Origin: Candidatus Cloacimonadota bacterium
GTDB lineage: Bacteria > Cloacimonadota > Cloacimonadia > G963667145
Assembly: GCA_963667255.1 (NCBI GenBank)
Contig: OY762940.1
Span: 1,472,001 to 1,536,000, forward strand
Direction: 5' to 3'
DNA: 64,000 bases
This document shows, in pieces, positions 48,277 to 59,425 of this stretch (position 1 is its first letter; each line of letters begins with the position of its first letter). The position numbers were made by a program, and so were the translations under genes. The notes under the pieces were generated by a model. That model worked only from the letters and a program-made list of their open reading frames with translations, did no database searches and was not told where the DNA came from.

Positions 48277-49832
48277 ACATACTGGACACCACACTCCGCG
48301 ATGGCTCTCAAGCCGAAGGGATTTCCTTTTCCGTAGAAGATAAATTGTCTATTACGCAAGCCCTGTCTGACCTCGGCATCGCTTACATCGAAGCGGGCAA
48401 CCCTGGTTCCAACCCAAAAGATTTGGAGTTTTTTGCCAGATTGGACAAAACAAAAATTACCAATTCCAAAATTGTGGCTTTTGGGGCAACGAGAAGGAAG
48501 TGCATCAAACCGGAAGATGACGAGAATTTGAATTCTCTGTTGAAAGCAGACACAAAAGCTGTCTCCATTTTCGGTAAAAGTTGGGATTTCCATGTAAAAA
48601 AAATCATAGATTGTAGCATGGAAGAAAATTTGGCAATGATATGCGAAACTATTGAGTTCCTGACAAGTAGAGGAAAAGAGGTTATCTTCGATGCTGAGCA
48701 TTTCTTTGACGGATACAAGAACAACCCCGAATACGCAATATCTTCTCTGCAAGCAGCTGTTGATGGAGGTGCTGAAACTCTTTGTCTGTGCGACACCAAC
48801 GGTGGCTGTTTCCCTCACGAAATCGAAAAAATTACCAAAGAAGTTGTGGCTCTTTTCGGGGAAAAAGCAAAAATTGGAATACATGCTCACAACGACTCCG
48901 ATATGGCTGTTGCCAACTCCATTGCCGCAATCTTATCCGGAGCAAAACATGTGCAGGGAACTCTTTTGGGTTTCGGAGAACGATGTGGCAATGCCAACTT
49001 AATCTCGATAATCGTGAACTTGCAACTGAAGCTAAAAATCGATTGCATCCCCGAGGAAAACCTAAAATCCATAACTGAAATTGCCAACAAAGTAGCGGAA
49101 ATTGCCAACATCAGTGTTGAGAATAAAACACCATTTATCGGGAAAAGTGCTTTTGCTCACAAAGGTGGAATGCATGTGGACGGTGTGAGGAAATACTCGG
49201 AGAGTTTTGAGCATCTTTCTCCGGAAACTATCGGTGCCAAAAGAAGATTTCTGGTAAGCGAAGTCGGCGGGAAAAGTTTAATTTTGGAAAAAGCTCTGAA
49301 AATCGTGCCGGATTTGGAATTAAAATCGGACAAAGCCAAAGAGCTGATGCACTACCTAAAAGAAAAAGAGTTCGAAGGTTATGTGTTCGAAGGAGCAGAA
49401 GCAAGTTTTGCCCTTTTTATAAAAAGACATATGGGAATCTTCACTCCTTCTTTCGATTTGAAGCACTACAAAATAATTGCCGGAGACCAAGAATCAGCCG
49501 ACGAAACCTCCTCAGCTATCATCAAAATCGTGGTTGATGGCAAAGTCGGATTTACCGCTGCCGAAGGAAACGGACCGGTAAATGCCTTGGACAAAGCTCT
49601 GCGAAAAGTTTTGGAAGATTTTTTTCCCTGTCTGAAAGAGGTGAACTTGATAGATTACAAAGTAAGAGTTTTGAACCAAAAAGATGCGAGTGAAGCGAAA
49701 GTGCGGGTGCTAATCACCTCGACTGACGGACAATCCTCATGGACAACCGTGGGAGTCTCGACAAACATCATAGAGGCAAGCTGGATAGCTCTGGTGGACT
49801 CTTTGGAATACAAATTAATGAATAAGGAGTAA
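48267..49832 (+). CDS. cimA: (R)-citramalate synthase
   Basis: DTTLRDGSQAEG, PGSNPKD, FDAEHFFDG, HKGGMH and WTTVGVS..IIEASW motifs. Confidence 0.92.
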   Translation: MQLDILDTTLRDGSQAEGISFSVEDKLSITQALSDLGIAYIEAGNPGSNPKDLEFFARLDKTKITNSKIVAFGATRRKCIKPEDDENLNSLLKADTKAVSIFGKSWDFHVKKIIDCSMEENLAMICETIEFLTSRGKEVIFDAEHFFDGYKNNPEYAISSLQAAVDGGAETLCLCDTNGGCFPHEIEKITKEVVALFGEKAKIGIHAHNDSDMAVANSIAAILSGAKHVQGTLLGFGERCGNANLISIIVNLQLKLKIDCIPEENLKSITEIANKVAEIANISVENKTPFIGKSAFAHKGGMHVDGVRKYSESFEHLSPETIGAKRRFLVSEVGGKSLILEKALKIVPDLELKSDKAKELMHYLKEKEFEGYVFEGAEASFALFIKRHMGIFTPSFDLKHYKIIAGDQESADETSSAIIKIVVDGKVGFTAAEGNGPVNALDKALRKVLEDFFPCLKEVNLIDYKVRVLNQKDASEAKVRVLITSTDGQSSWTTVGVSTNIIEASWIALVDSLEYKLMNKE

Positions 49833-49838
49833 TTAACT

Positions 49839-51098
49839 ATGGGAATGACTATGACCCAAAAAATTTTAGCCCAAGCAGCCGGAGTGCAAAATCTGAAAGC
49901 TGGAGATTTAATAGAAGCGAATTTGACTTTGGTTTTGGGCAACGATATTACCACACCTGTGGCTATAGACGAGTTTGAAAAGGCAGGACTCAAAAAGGTT
50001 TTTAACAAAAGTAAAATCGCCATCGTGCCTGACCACTTTGCACCTAATAAGGACATAAAAGCCGCCGAGCAATGCAAAAAAGTGAGAGATTTCGCTCATA
50101 AAATGGAAATTGAAAACTATTTTGAGGTCGGACAAATGGGAATTGAGCATTGCCTTTTGCCTGAAAAAGGGCTGGTGGTAGCTGGAGATGTGGTAATAGG
50201 TGCTGACTCTCACACCTGCACATACGGTGCTTTGGGAGCATTTTCCACTGGGATAGGCTCTACGGATATGGCATACGGAATGGCTACTGGCAAAGCATGG
50301 TTCAAAGTGCCATCTGCTATCAAATTTAATCTGACTGGGAAGCTACAACCGATGGTCAGCGGAAAAGATTTAATCTTGCATATTATCGGCGAAATCGGAG
50401 TGGACGGAGCTTTGTATCAATCGATGGAATTTTGTGGAGATGGAGTGTCCGCTCTGAGCATAGACGACAGATTTACCATCGCCAATATGGCTATCGAAGC
50501 TGGTGCCAAAAACGGGATATTCCCAGTGGACGAGCAAACCAGAGAGTATCTGAAAGAGCATGCAACTCGCGAATACAAAGAGTTTACAGCTGACGATGAT
50601 GCCGAATATTCTCAAGTAATGAATATCGATTTGTCAAAATTGGAACCGACAGTTTCTTTCCCATTCTTGCCTGACAACACCAGAACTATTAGCGAAGCAG
50701 CGGGATTGGAAATTGACCAAGTGGTAATCGGTTCTTGCACGAACGGACGGATGCAAGACCTTCGCCAAGCTGCCGCTATCCTCAAAGGCAAAAAAGTTGC
50801 CGATGGAATAAGAGTCATCATCTTGCCGGGAACACAAAAAATCTATCTGCAAGCTATTGAAGAGGGTTTGGTGCAACAATTCGTGGAGGCTGGAGCTGTG
50901 GTTTCCACACCAACATGCGGACCTTGTCTTGGCGGACACATGGGAATTTTGGCTGCCAAAGAAAGATGTGTTTCCACAACAAATCGCAACTTCGTGGGCA
51001 GAATGGGTCATGTGGAATCGGAAGTGTATTTGGCTTCACCGACTGTCGCAGCCGCTTCCGCTTTGACAGGCAAAATCACCGACCCGAGAAAAATATAA
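49839..51098 (+). CDS. leuC: 3-isopropylmalate dehydratase large subunit
   Basis: [25 protein letters not shown] and [10 protein letters not shown] motifs. Confidence 0.94.
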   Translation: MGMTMTQKILAQAAGVQNLKAGDLIEANLTLVLGNDITTPVAIDEFEKAGLKKVFNKSKIAIVPDHFAPNKDIKAAEQCKKVRDFAHKMEIENYFEVGQMGIEHCLLPEKGLVVAGDVVIGADSHTCTYGALGAFSTGIGSTDMAYGMATGKAWFKVPSAIKFNLTGKLQPMVSGKDLILHIIGEIGVDGALYQSMEFCGDGVSALSIDDRFTIANMAIEAGAKNGIFPVDEQTREYLKEHATREYKEFTADDDAEYSQVMNIDLSKLEPTVSFPFLPDNTRTISEAAGLEIDQVVIGSCTNGRMQDLRQAAAILKGKKVADGIRVIILPGTQKIYLQAIEEGLVQQFVEAGAVVSTPTCGPCLGGHMGILAAKERCVSTTNRNFVGRMGHVESEVYLASPTVAAASALTGKITDPRKI

Positions 51099-51120
51099 AA
51101 TTTTAAGGAGACAATCCATT

Positions 51121-51603
51121 ATGAATAAAGTTTATAAATATGGCGACAACATTGACACTGATGTGATTATTCCCGCTAGATTTTTAAATACATCTTCTCA
51201 CAGCGAGCTGGCTCAACATTGCATGGAAGACATCGATGCAGATTTTGCCAAGACTGTGAAGAGCGGAGACATCATAGTTGCAGGTGCTAACTTCGGTTGC
51301 GGGTCATCACGAGAACATGCCCCTATCGCTATAAAAGAGTCCGGCATCCTTTGCATTATCGCCAAAAGTTTCGCCAGAATTTTCTACAGAAACTCTATCA
51401 ATATAGGTTTACCTATTTTGGAGTGCGAACAAGCTGCCAAGGAAATCAACCCCGGAGAGAATTTGGATATAGATTTCGAAAAGGGCATCATCAAAAATCT
51501 AACTACAAGCAAGACCTATCAAGCCGCACCATTTCCCCCATTTATGCAGGAAATAATCAGTGCTGGCGGTTTAATGAACAGAATAAACGGAGATACAAAA
51601 TGA
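51121..51603 (+). CDS. leuD: 3-isopropylmalate dehydratase small subunit
   Basis: [21 protein letters not shown] and SFARIFYRN motifs. Confidence 0.94.
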   Translation: MNKVYKYGDNIDTDVIIPARFLNTSSHSELAQHCMEDIDADFAKTVKSGDIIVAGANFGCGSSREHAPIAIKESGILCIIAKSFARIFYRNSINIGLPILECEQAAKEINPGENLDIDFEKGIIKNLTTSKTYQAAPFPPFMQEIISAGGLMNRINGDTK

Positions 51604-52652
51604 AAATTGCAGTTTTAAAAGGCGACGGTGTAGGACCGGATATAGTTGCTGAGGCTATCAAAGTTTTGAATAAAATCGGCGAAAAATACAACAAAATTTT
51701 TGAGTTGGAATACGGACTTATCGGCGGAGAAGCTATCGACAAAACCGACAATCCTTTGCCACAAGAGACCATCGATATCTGCAAAAACTCCGATGCTGTC
51801 CTCTTGGGAGCTGTTGGTGGACCAAAATGGGACAACCTGAAAGGGAACAAAAGACCAGAAGCAGGACTTTTGAAAATCAGAAAAGAGCTCGGACTTTTTG
51901 CCAATTTGCGACCATCAAAGATGCACAAAGCTTTGTATAAGGCATGTGTGCTAAAAGAAGAGATTGCTCAACAAGGCTTGGACATTATGATTTTACGCGA
52001 ACTCACAGGCGGTATCTACTTCGGCAAACGCGAAGACAAAGGTGATGTCGCTTACGACACTATGCTCTATCGCACCGAAGAGGTGGAGAGAATCGTTCGC
52101 TTGGCTTTCCAAATGGCAAAAAATCGTAGTAAAAAAGTGACCAGTGTGGATAAAGCTAATGTTCTCGATAGCTCTCGCTTGTGGAGAAGAACGGTGGAAA
52201 AAGTGCATGAGGATTTTCCTGATATCGAACTTATTCATATGTATGTAGATAACGCAGCTATGCAGTTAGTTCGCAATCCATCTCAATTCGATGTGCTGGT
52301 TACCGGAAATATGTTCGGCGATATCCTATCCGACCAAGCATCTATGATTACTGGCAGTATCGGTATGTTGCCCTCGGCATCTATGGGCACAGGCAAATTC
52401 GGTTTGTATGAGCCAATTCACGGCTCTGCTCCTGACATAGCTGGTCAAAATAAGGCGAACCCTTTGGCTACTATCTTGTCGATTGCAATGATGCTCAGAC
52501 ATTCTTTTGATATGCAGGAAGAAGCTCAAGCCATAGAAGATGCTGTAAACAAAGTGTTAGACCAAGGTTACCGCACACAAGACATCGCCAGAGATTCTGA
52601 GAAAATCGTCAGCACCACCGAGATGGGAGATTTGGTAACGAGCAATATTTAA
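51600..52652 (+). CDS. leuB: 3-isopropylmalate dehydrogenase
   Basis: [31 protein letters not shown] and [12 protein letters not shown] motifs; ATGA overlap with leuD. Confidence 0.96.
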   Translation: MKIAVLKGDGVGPDIVAEAIKVLNKIGEKYNKIFELEYGLIGGEAIDKTDNPLPQETIDICKNSDAVLLGAVGGPKWDNLKGNKRPEAGLLKIRKELGLFANLRPSKMHKALYKACVLKEEIAQQGLDIMILRELTGGIYFGKREDKGDVAYDTMLYRTEEVERIVRLAFQMAKNRSKKVTSVDKANVLDSSRLWRRTVEKVHEDFPDIELIHMYVDNAAMQLVRNPSQFDVLVTGNMFGDILSDQASMITGSIGMLPSASMGTGKFGLYEPIHGSAPDIAGQNKANPLATILSIAMMLRHSFDMQEEAQAIEDAVNKVLDQGYRTQDIARDSEKIVSTTEMGDLVTSNI

Positions 52653-52670
52653 GGAAATAAAGGTAAAAAA

Positions 52671-54329
52671 ATGAAAAGCAATGTAGTAAAAAAAGGAACC
52701 GACAAGACTCCGCACAGAAGCCTATTCAAAGCCTGTGGATATACCGATAGAGAGATTGACAGACCGCTTATTGGGATAGTCAACTCCAAAAACGAAATCG
52801 TCCCAGGACACACGGAATTGGACAAAATCGCCTCTGCCGTAAAGGCGGGAGTGCTATCTGCGGGCGGAACGCCAATAGAGTTCAATACCATCGGTGTCTG
52901 CGACGGCATTGCCATGGGACACGAAGGAATGCACTACTCACTGATTTCCCGAGAGATTATCGCCGACTCCGTGGAAATCATGGCGAAAGCTCACGGTTTC
53001 GATGCTTTGGTTTTCATTCCCAATTGTGACAAAATCGTGCCAGGAATGCTGATGGCAGCCATTAGACTAAACCTGCCTGCAATCTTCATCTCTGGAGGTC
53101 CAATGCTCGCTGGAAGAATTGACAACCGTGCCATCAGCTTGTCATCAACTTTCGAGGCAATCGGCTTATACAATTCCCAAAAAATCGACGAAGCAAAACT
53201 CAAAGAATATGAAGAGGAAAGCTGTCCGACCTGCGGTTCTTGCTCGGGAATGTTCACTGCCAACTCTATGAATTGCCTAACCGAAGCCATCGGAATGTCT
53301 TTGCCAGGAGCTGCCACCGTGCCTGCCGTTTACAGCAAGAGAATCAGACTTGCCAAAGAAAGCGGATACAGGGTTATGCACTTACTGGAGAACAATATTT
53401 GCCCCAAAGATATCATGAGCGAAAAAGCTTTTGAAAACGCTTTGGCTGTGGATATGGCTTTGGGTTGTAGCACCAACTCCGTTTTGCACTTGCCCGCCAT
53501 CGCCAACGAAGCGAACATCAGCATCTCTTTGGACAAAATCAACCAAATCAGTGCCGGCACTCCTAATCTCTGCAAGCTGTCCCCCGCAGGCGACAAACAC
53601 ATCGAAGACTTGGACAGAGCAGGCGGGATTCCCGCTGTGATGATGGAGTTACACAAAAAAAATCTGCTTCATACCGAACTTCCTACCGTTTTCGGAACAG
53701 TGCTATCCAGAATCGAAAACACTGTCAATTGCGATACCACAACGATTAAACCCATCGAAAACCCGCATTCCGAGCAAGGAGGACTTCTGATTTTGAAAGG
53801 AACTCTGGCTCCCAATGGTGCTGTCATCAAAAAATCTGCGGTTGATAAATCGATTTACGAATTTGTCGGCAAAGCCAAAGTTTTTTACAGCGAGCAAGAG
53901 TGCGTAAATGCTATCACTTCAGGGAAAATCAAGGAAGGCGATGTTATCGTTATCGCTTACGAAGGACCGAAAGGAGGTCCGGGAATGAGAGAGATGCTCT
54001 CGCCCACTTCGCTCTTAGCAGGAATGGGATTGGACAAAAGTGTTGCTTTGCTCACGGACGGGAGATTTTCCGGAGCCACCAGAGGTTTAGCCATAGGTCA
54101 TGTTTCGCCAGAGGCAGCATCAGGTGGACCAATAGCTTACATCCAAACTGGCGACACTATCAAGATAAATCTCAATGCGGGCACACTCGATGTGGAGATT
54201 GACCCTGCAAAGATGGAGAAAAGAAAGAAGAACACAACATTGAAAGAACCTAAAATCAAAACCGGATATTTGGCAAGATACGCCACGATGGTGCAGTCTG
54301 CCGACACCGGAGCGATTTTAAAAGTTTAA
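52671..54329 (+). CDS. ilvD: Dihydroxy-acid dehydratase
   Basis: [36 protein letters not shown] and TDGRFSG motifs. Confidence 0.97.
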   Translation: MKSNVVKKGTDKTPHRSLFKACGYTDREIDRPLIGIVNSKNEIVPGHTELDKIASAVKAGVLSAGGTPIEFNTIGVCDGIAMGHEGMHYSLISREIIADSVEIMAKAHGFDALVFIPNCDKIVPGMLMAAIRLNLPAIFISGGPMLAGRIDNRAISLSSTFEAIGLYNSQKIDEAKLKEYEEESCPTCGSCSGMFTANSMNCLTEAIGMSLPGAATVPAVYSKRIRLAKESGYRVMHLLENNICPKDIMSEKAFENALAVDMALGCSTNSVLHLPAIANEANISISLDKINQISAGTPNLCKLSPAGDKHIEDLDRAGGIPAVMMELHKKNLLHTELPTVFGTVLSRIENTVNCDTTTIKPIENPHSEQGGLLILKGTLAPNGAVIKKSAVDKSIYEFVGKAKVFYSEQECVNAITSGKIKEGDVIVIAYEGPKGGPGMREMLSPTSLLAGMGLDKSVALLTDGRFSGATRGLAIGHVSPEAASGGPIAYIQTGDTIKINLNAGTLDVEIDPAKMEKRKKNTTLKEPKIKTGYLARYATMVQSADTGAILKV

Positions 54330-54346
54330 TTTATAAGGGGAGAGTT

Positions 54347-56008
54347 ATGAAATTAACAGGAGCACAGATTGTTATTAAGGCATTGATTGAGCAAGGAGTT
54401 GACACCGTTTTCGGTTACCCTGGCGGCACAGCCCTGCCTATCTACGATGAACTTTACAAAAATAGAGATAAGATAAGCAATATTCTGCCCTCTCACGAAC
54501 AAAATGCCGCTCATGCAGCGGACTCTTATGCCAGAACTACGGGCAAAGTCGGAGTTTGTTTGGCTACCTCAGGTCCTGGTTCCACCAACTTGGTAACCGG
54601 CATAGCCACAGCCCATATGGACTCCAGCCCTATTATCGCCATTACCAGCAATGTCCCTCTCTCGATGATAGGCAGAGATAGCTTTCAAGAGATTGATATA
54701 GTTGGGATTACCATTGGGATTACCAAATACAATTACTTCGTGAAAGATGCAAATGACTTGGCAAAAATCGTCAAGGAAGCTTTTGTTATCGCAAGCTCAG
54801 GCAGAAAAGGTGCAGTGTTAATCGACATCCCCAAAGATGTTGCTTTGCAAGAAGTTGAGTATGAAGAACCTGCCTCCTACACTTTGGAAACTCCTCATCC
54901 CGAAAAAAGCAAAATAGAAGAGGTTGCCAAATACATCAACGAAAGCGAACGACCTTATGTATATTTCGGCGGAGGTGTAAACTCGCCCGAGAACTCCAAA
55001 GCTCTTAACGAATTTGTGAAGAAAATCAATTGTCCTGCGACTTCCAGCCTGATGGGCTTGGGTGCAATCGACCCAAATTATCCGCTCTACACGGGATTAA
55101 TCGGAATGCACGGCACAAAATTTACCAATATCGCCATCCAAAAAAGCGATATGGTTATCGCCATCGGAGCCAGATTTAGCGACAGAGTAACCGGAAAAGC
55201 CAACGCTTTTCTAAAAAAAGCTCATGTCGTCCACATAGACATCGACGAATCGGAAATTAGCAAAAACATAAACTCAACTATCGACCTCGTGGGAGATGCC
55301 GGCAAAATCTTGAGCGAACTGACCAAATTGATAAAGCCCAAGAATAATCCTGAATGGACGAAGACTATTTTAGAACTCAAAGACAAGCACGATATGGATT
55401 ACAGCAAGCCGGAAGGAAAATTGACCCCATACTCCATAATCAGAGAGTTGGACAAATCTACACCCGAGGAGACTATCGTCGCCACAGATGTGGGTCAACA
55501 TCAACTTTGGACAGCCCAATATTACAACTTCACCGCTCCGAGAAAGTTCATCACTTCTGGTGGACTGGGAACTATGGGCTTTGGGCTTGGTGCCGCCATC
55601 GGTGCACAATTCGCTTGCCCCAAAACTCCTGTTTTCCTGATAACAGGCGACGGCTCATTCCGCATGAACCTGCACGAACTCTCCACTGTTACAGCCTACA
55701 ATCTGCCTATCAAAATTGTTTTGCTGAACAACGGAACTCTGGGAATGGTGCGACAATGGCAAACTCTATTTTACGACAAGCGCTACTCTGCCACCACTTT
55801 GGACAGAGGACCACATTGGGACAAATTGGCAGAAGCTTACGACTTTACCTATTTCAATTTGGATACCAAAGAGAACTTGGAAGCAACCATGAAAGATTTC
55901 GTATCTTGCTCGGGACCTGCTATCCTGCACTGCAAAATTGACATAGACGAATGTGTGTTCCCCATAGTGCCTCCAGGAAAAGCCATAGAAAATGCAATAA
56001 CTAAATAA
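54347..56008 (+). CDS. ilvB: Acetolactate synthase large subunit
   Basis: FGYPGG, TSGPG.TN, DVGQHQ, SGGLGTMGFG, GDGSF..N and LGMVRQWQ motifs. Confidence 0.96.
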   Translation: MKLTGAQIVIKALIEQGVDTVFGYPGGTALPIYDELYKNRDKISNILPSHEQNAAHAADSYARTTGKVGVCLATSGPGSTNLVTGIATAHMDSSPIIAITSNVPLSMIGRDSFQEIDIVGITIGITKYNYFVKDANDLAKIVKEAFVIASSGRKGAVLIDIPKDVALQEVEYEEPASYTLETPHPEKSKIEEVAKYINESERPYVYFGGGVNSPENSKALNEFVKKINCPATSSLMGLGAIDPNYPLYTGLIGMHGTKFTNIAIQKSDMVIAIGARFSDRVTGKANAFLKKAHVVHIDIDESEISKNINSTIDLVGDAGKILSELTKLIKPKNNPEWTKTILELKDKHDMDYSKPEGKLTPYSIIRELDKSTPEETIVATDVGQHQLWTAQYYNFTAPRKFITSGGLGTMGFGLGAAIGAQFACPKTPVFLITGDGSFRMNLHELSTVTAYNLPIKIVLLNNGTLGMVRQWQTLFYDKRYSATTLDRGPHWDKLAEAYDFTYFNLDTKENLEATMKDFVSCSGPAILHCKIDIDECVFPIVPPGKAIENAITK

Positions 56009-56043
56009 ACTATCTGCCTTCCTCAAAACTCGGGGAAGGCTTT
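55999..56043 (+). repeat. Direct repeat copy 1 (ilvB stop codon + terminator hairpin, only T3)
   Basis: AACTAAATAAACTATCTGCCTTCCTCAAAACTCGGGGAAGGCTTT. Confidence 0.85.
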
Positions 56044-56060
56044 ATAAATCAAAATAAAAA

Positions 56061-56714
56061 ATGAATAATTTAGAATCTTTTTTGAAAATAGACAATTTAT
56101 ATAAATTTATATCTATTTTAGGAATTATACTATTTATAGCTCCATCTATTCTTGGCAATAGACTTGAAAAATTGCAAATAGAAGCCCTAAAACTTCAATC
56201 AGAAAGTAAAATTGTTAAGGAAAGCGCCAAAAGTCTTAATAACAAAGTGAAAAAATTTGAGAAAGACTTCATCAAAATTGAAAATAAAATAAAAATATCA
56301 CATATTAATTTATATAAATTATGTGAAGAAAAATATAAGTTACTTAGTAAACAAAAAGAAAACATTTCATTATTAGAAAAAAAACTTATAGATAAAAAAC
56401 TAAAAGATTTGAATAAAAGAATTAATTCAATAATACAAAAAAATAGAAAAAACTTTGATATTATGAATTATTATAATTCCCAAAATAATGAAAATTATAA
56501 ATCTGCCATTGAAAAACAAAAACTTGCAGAAAATCTTCTTATTAAAGCTAAAACCACAGAAATTGAACTTAACAATTATATGAAAGACTTATACAAAGAA
56601 GAAATATCAAAAATAATAGGTATTGCTTTAATAATATTAGGCGTTATTCTTTGGTATTTTAAAATACAAATTTATATTGACAAAGAAATTAAAAGTCAAA
56701 GTAAAACTCAATAA
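56061..56714 (+). CDS. AT-rich orphan membrane protein (TM - coiled coil - TM)
   Basis: 217-aa ORF; hydrophobic N- and C-terminal segments around a K/E-rich coiled coil; much lower GC than neighbours. Confidence 0.75.
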   Translation: MNNLESFLKIDNLYKFISILGIILFIAPSILGNRLEKLQIEALKLQSESKIVKESAKSLNNKVKKFEKDFIKIENKIKISHINLYKLCEEKYKLLSKQKENISLLEKKLIDKKLKDLNKRINSIIQKNRKNFDIMNYYNSQNNENYKSAIEKQKLAENLLIKAKTTEIELNNYMKDLYKEEISKIIGIALIILGVILWYFKIQIYIDKEIKSQSKTQ

Positions 56715-56754
56715 AATATCCGCCTTCCTCAAAAATTTGGGGAAGGCTTTTTTT
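56705..56754 (+). terminator. Direct repeat copy 2 / intrinsic terminator (T7)
   Basis: AACTCAATAAAATATCCGCCTTCCTCAAAAATTTGGGGAAGGCTTTTTTT. Confidence 0.85.
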
Positions 56755-56756
56755 AT

Positions 56757-57836
56757 CTAATACTTTTTAGCCTCTTCTTCACCGTTGAGAACACGGAAGC
56801 ACGCCAAAGCTAAAGCCTCCATCTCCATCTCCCCCGGAATCTCGATTTGTCTGCCCAAAAATTCCAAATGCTCTTTAATAAACGGCATCAAATATTTTTG
56901 TGAGTACACCAATCCGCCGGTATAAATAACACCATCCACTTTGCCCTTTAGCACTGCCGCATAAGCTCCGGCATCTTTGGCAACTTGGTAACCCATAGCT
57001 TTATAAATAAGTTCTGCCTTCTTGTCGCCTTTGTCAATTCTCTCTTCGATTTCCCTACCGTCATCAGTGCCGAGATAGGCAATCAACCCACTTTGTTTGG
57101 CAAACTTTACCTCCAACTCTTTTTGAGTATATTTACCGGAACAAGCCAACCTGATAACTTCCCCAAGAGGCAAAGTTCCGGCTCGTTGTGGAGAAAAAGG
57201 TCCTGTGCCCAACAAAGCATTATTGAGATCTATGCATTTACCCTTTTCCACAGCCACCACAGAGATACCACCCCCCATATGAATGGCAACAAAATTGCAC
57301 TCATCCATAGGTTTGCCCACCATCTCGGCAGCTTTCCGCACACAAGCTCTAATATTGAGAGCATGCAACAAAGACCTTCTGCTTATTTCGGGAACTCCGG
57401 AAACTTTCGCAATCTCACTCATCTCGTCCACCGCAACAGGATCGGCGATATAACTACCAACTCCGATACTATCTGCCAAAGATTTAGCCAAAAAAGCTCC
57501 CAAATTAGAAGCATGAGTTCTTCCCCAAATCTTATCGGAAGTCAAATCATCAAGCATCGACTGACTAACTCTGTATGTCCCTCCCGCTACGGGTTTCATC
57601 ATGCCACCGCGACCAATTATCGCCGACATATCAGTCAATTTCATCCCCGATTGCTCGACAGTATCCAAAATAATCTTCTTTCTAAATTCCGCTTGCTCTT
57701 CCATAGTATCCAATTTTGCCAACTCTTCGTTGGGATGCCTTATCGTATTTTCAAAAAGCTCACCACTTTCATCATAAATCGCAATTTTTGTCGAGGTAGA
57801 CCCCGGATTAATAATAAGTATTTTTTTACTCATCAT
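56757..57836 (-). CDS. buk: Butyrate (branched-chain carboxylate) kinase
   Basis: INPGSTSTK, GRGG, HASNLGA, DPVAVDE, HMGGGISV and PGEMEMEAL motifs. Confidence 0.94.
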   Translation of the reverse strand: MMSKKILIINPGSTSTKIAIYDESGELFENTIRHPNEELAKLDTMEEQAEFRKKIILDTVEQSGMKLTDMSAIIGRGGMMKPVAGGTYRVSQSMLDDLTSDKIWGRTHASNLGAFLAKSLADSIGVGSYIADPVAVDEMSEIAKVSGVPEISRRSLLHALNIRACVRKAAEMVGKPMDECNFVAIHMGGGISVVAVEKGKCIDLNNALLGTGPFSPQRAGTLPLGEVIRLACSGKYTQKELEVKFAKQSGLIAYLGTDDGREIEERIDKGDKKAELIYKAMGYQVAKDAGAYAAVLKGKVDGVIYTGGLVYSQKYLMPFIKEHLEFLGRQIEIPGEMEMEALALACFRVLNGEEEAKKY

Positions 57837-58035
57837 GACTCCTTAGATAATAATCACATTTAGTTTTATTGAAATTTGATATTTGTCAACTATTTTGTTT
57901 CCCCATTTACAAAGAAACTAAAATAATTCATATGCCATTGCTAATCAGCTAAGATAAAAAGTTTACAATTATGGAAAATTCCAAAAATTCTCTTTCACTA
58001 AAATATTTGACAAATTTTCCCAATCCTAAATCTTG

Positions 58036-58051
58036 TTCGTAAAAATACGAA
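58036..58051. promoter_or_regulatory. Putative ArsR operator 1
   Basis: Palindrome TTCGTA-AAAA-TACGAA just downstream of a TTGACA promoter and upstream of arsR. Confidence 0.6.
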
Positions 58052-58066
58052 ATGAGAGGTTCATAA

Positions 58067-58351
58067 GTGCTAACAAGCAAACAAGAAAAAATCGCCAGAT
58101 TCGCCAAAGCCATGGGTCATCCTGTGCGGATATTCGTTTTGCAACTGCTTTCCAAACAAAGCTGTTGCTATAGCGGCGACCTCTCGGAAGTGCTTCCTAT
58201 CGCCAAGTCAACTCTCTCCCAACATTTGAAAGAGTTAAAATCCGCAGGACTAATCCAAGGCGAAATCGAAGCTCCAAAAATCAAATATTGTATCAACAAA
58301 GAAAATTGGCAAGAAGCTCAAGAGTTGTTTAAAGAGTTTCTAAATATTTAA
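58067..58351 (+). CDS. arsR: ArsR/SmtB-family repressor
   Basis: KAMGHPVRI, CC pair, STLSQHLKELK.AGLI and KYC motifs. Confidence 0.88.
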   Translation: MLTSKQEKIARFAKAMGHPVRIFVLQLLSKQSCCYSGDLSEVLPIAKSTLSQHLKELKSAGLIQGEIEAPKIKYCINKENWQEAQELFKEFLNI

Positions 58352-58371
58352 TTTTGAAAGGAGAACAAATT

Positions 58372-58701
58372 ATGCGTTTACTTCAAGAACTATTTCCGAA
58401 ATTTGCAGAAGAGTTTGATAAAATTGATGAGCTCTATAAAGAAAAACGAACAATTGATGAGAAGACCTATCAATTTATCTGCTTTGCACTCTCTATAAAA
58501 AATCGCTCTAAACCTTGCCTTATAAAACACTTTTTAGGAGCACTTGAGGCAGGAGCAAGTGTTAAAGAGCTGTCTTACATAATGGCTTTAACATTTAGAG
58601 AAAGTGCAGGAGGAGATGACTGCTGGACTCACGATGCTTTAGGGGACTATAAAAAGATGATTGAAGATGGGCTAAAATCATCTGATTGTTGTTCAAAATA
58701 A
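58372..58701 (+). CDS. Carboxymuconolactone decarboxylase (CMD/AhpD)-like protein
   Basis: IDEKT..FI.FAL......C...H..GALEAGAS..EL pattern; AAGGAG SD; terminal CC. Confidence 0.72.
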   Translation: MRLLQELFPKFAEEFDKIDELYKEKRTIDEKTYQFICFALSIKNRSKPCLIKHFLGALEAGASVKELSYIMALTFRESAGGDDCWTHDALGDYKKMIEDGLKSSDCCSK

Positions 58702-58719
58702 TTTTTTTTGCCCAAATAT

Positions 58720-58735
58720 TTCGTAGTTTTGCGAA
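58720..58735. promoter_or_regulatory. Putative ArsR operator 2
   Basis: TTCGTA-GTTT-TGCGAA, similar to operator 1. Confidence 0.5.
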
Positions 58736-58762
58736 GAACGAATTATAAAAAAGGAGAAAAAA

Positions 58763-58999
58763 ATGGAAATCAAAATCTTGGGGACAGGTTGTTCCAAGTG
58801 CAAAAAATTAGAAGAAATCACACGGGAAGTTGCAAACGAGCTAAAACTAAATGCAAACATCGAGAAGGTGGAGGACATCCAAAAAATCATGGAATACGGA
58901 GTGATGAGCACTCCTGCTTTGGTTATCGACGGCAAAGTTGCTCTGTCGGGTAAATTACCAAAAGCCAAAGAGTTAGAAGAAATCTTAAAGGGAAATTAA
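58763..58999 (+). CDS. Small redox-active disulfide protein (MTH895/ArsE-like thioredoxin)
   Basis: IKILGTGCSKC and YGVMSTPALVIDG motifs. Confidence 0.9.
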   Translation: MEIKILGTGCSKCKKLEEITREVANELKLNANIEKVEDIQKIMEYGVMSTPALVIDGKVALSGKLPKAKELEEILKGN

Positions 59000-59006
59000 G
59001 CAAAAT

Positions 59007-59420
59007 ATGAAAAAAATATTACTGCCTATTTTGCTTATCTTCAGCTTGTTGCTTGTCTCTTGCACCAAAAAAACCGAAAAAGCAGCAGACCCAAAACCGA
59101 TAGTAAATAACAATCAAGTGCAAGTTTACTATTTTCATGCCAGTCGCAGATGTGCTACCTGCAAAGCTGTAGAAACTGTCAGCGAAAAAGCCGTCCGAGA
59201 AAATTACGGAGACAAAGTTGCTTTCCAATCCATAAATATTGAAGATGAGAAAAATAATGCTTTAGTGCAAAAATACCAAATTTCAGGGCAAAGATTGCTT
59301 ATACTCAAAGGCGAAAACGGCTTTGATTTGACCTATTTTGCCTTTATGAATGCGATGAACAATCCTGATAGACTCAAAGAGCAAATCAAAATTTTTGTGG
59401 ATTCGTGCAAGGGAATGTAA
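59007..59420 (+). CDS. ArsF-like thioredoxin-fold lipoprotein
   Basis: Lipobox LVS-C; YYFHASRRCATC motif. Confidence 0.75.
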   Translation: MKKILLPILLIFSLLLVSCTKKTEKAADPKPIVNNNQVQVYYFHASRRCATCKAVETVSEKAVRENYGDKVAFQSINIEDEKNNALVQKYQISGQRLLILKGENGFDLTYFAFMNAMNNPDRLKEQIKIFVDSCKGM

Positions 59421-59425
59421 TTTGT

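Noticed and set aside
51297..51599. N-terminal extension of LeuB given by the ORF track
   Set aside because: It overlaps leuD in another frame; the real start is ATG 51600 (GGAG SD, ATGA coupling).
55999..56754. Integron attC sites
   Set aside because: No RYYYAAC...GTTRRRY boxes and no integron integrase.
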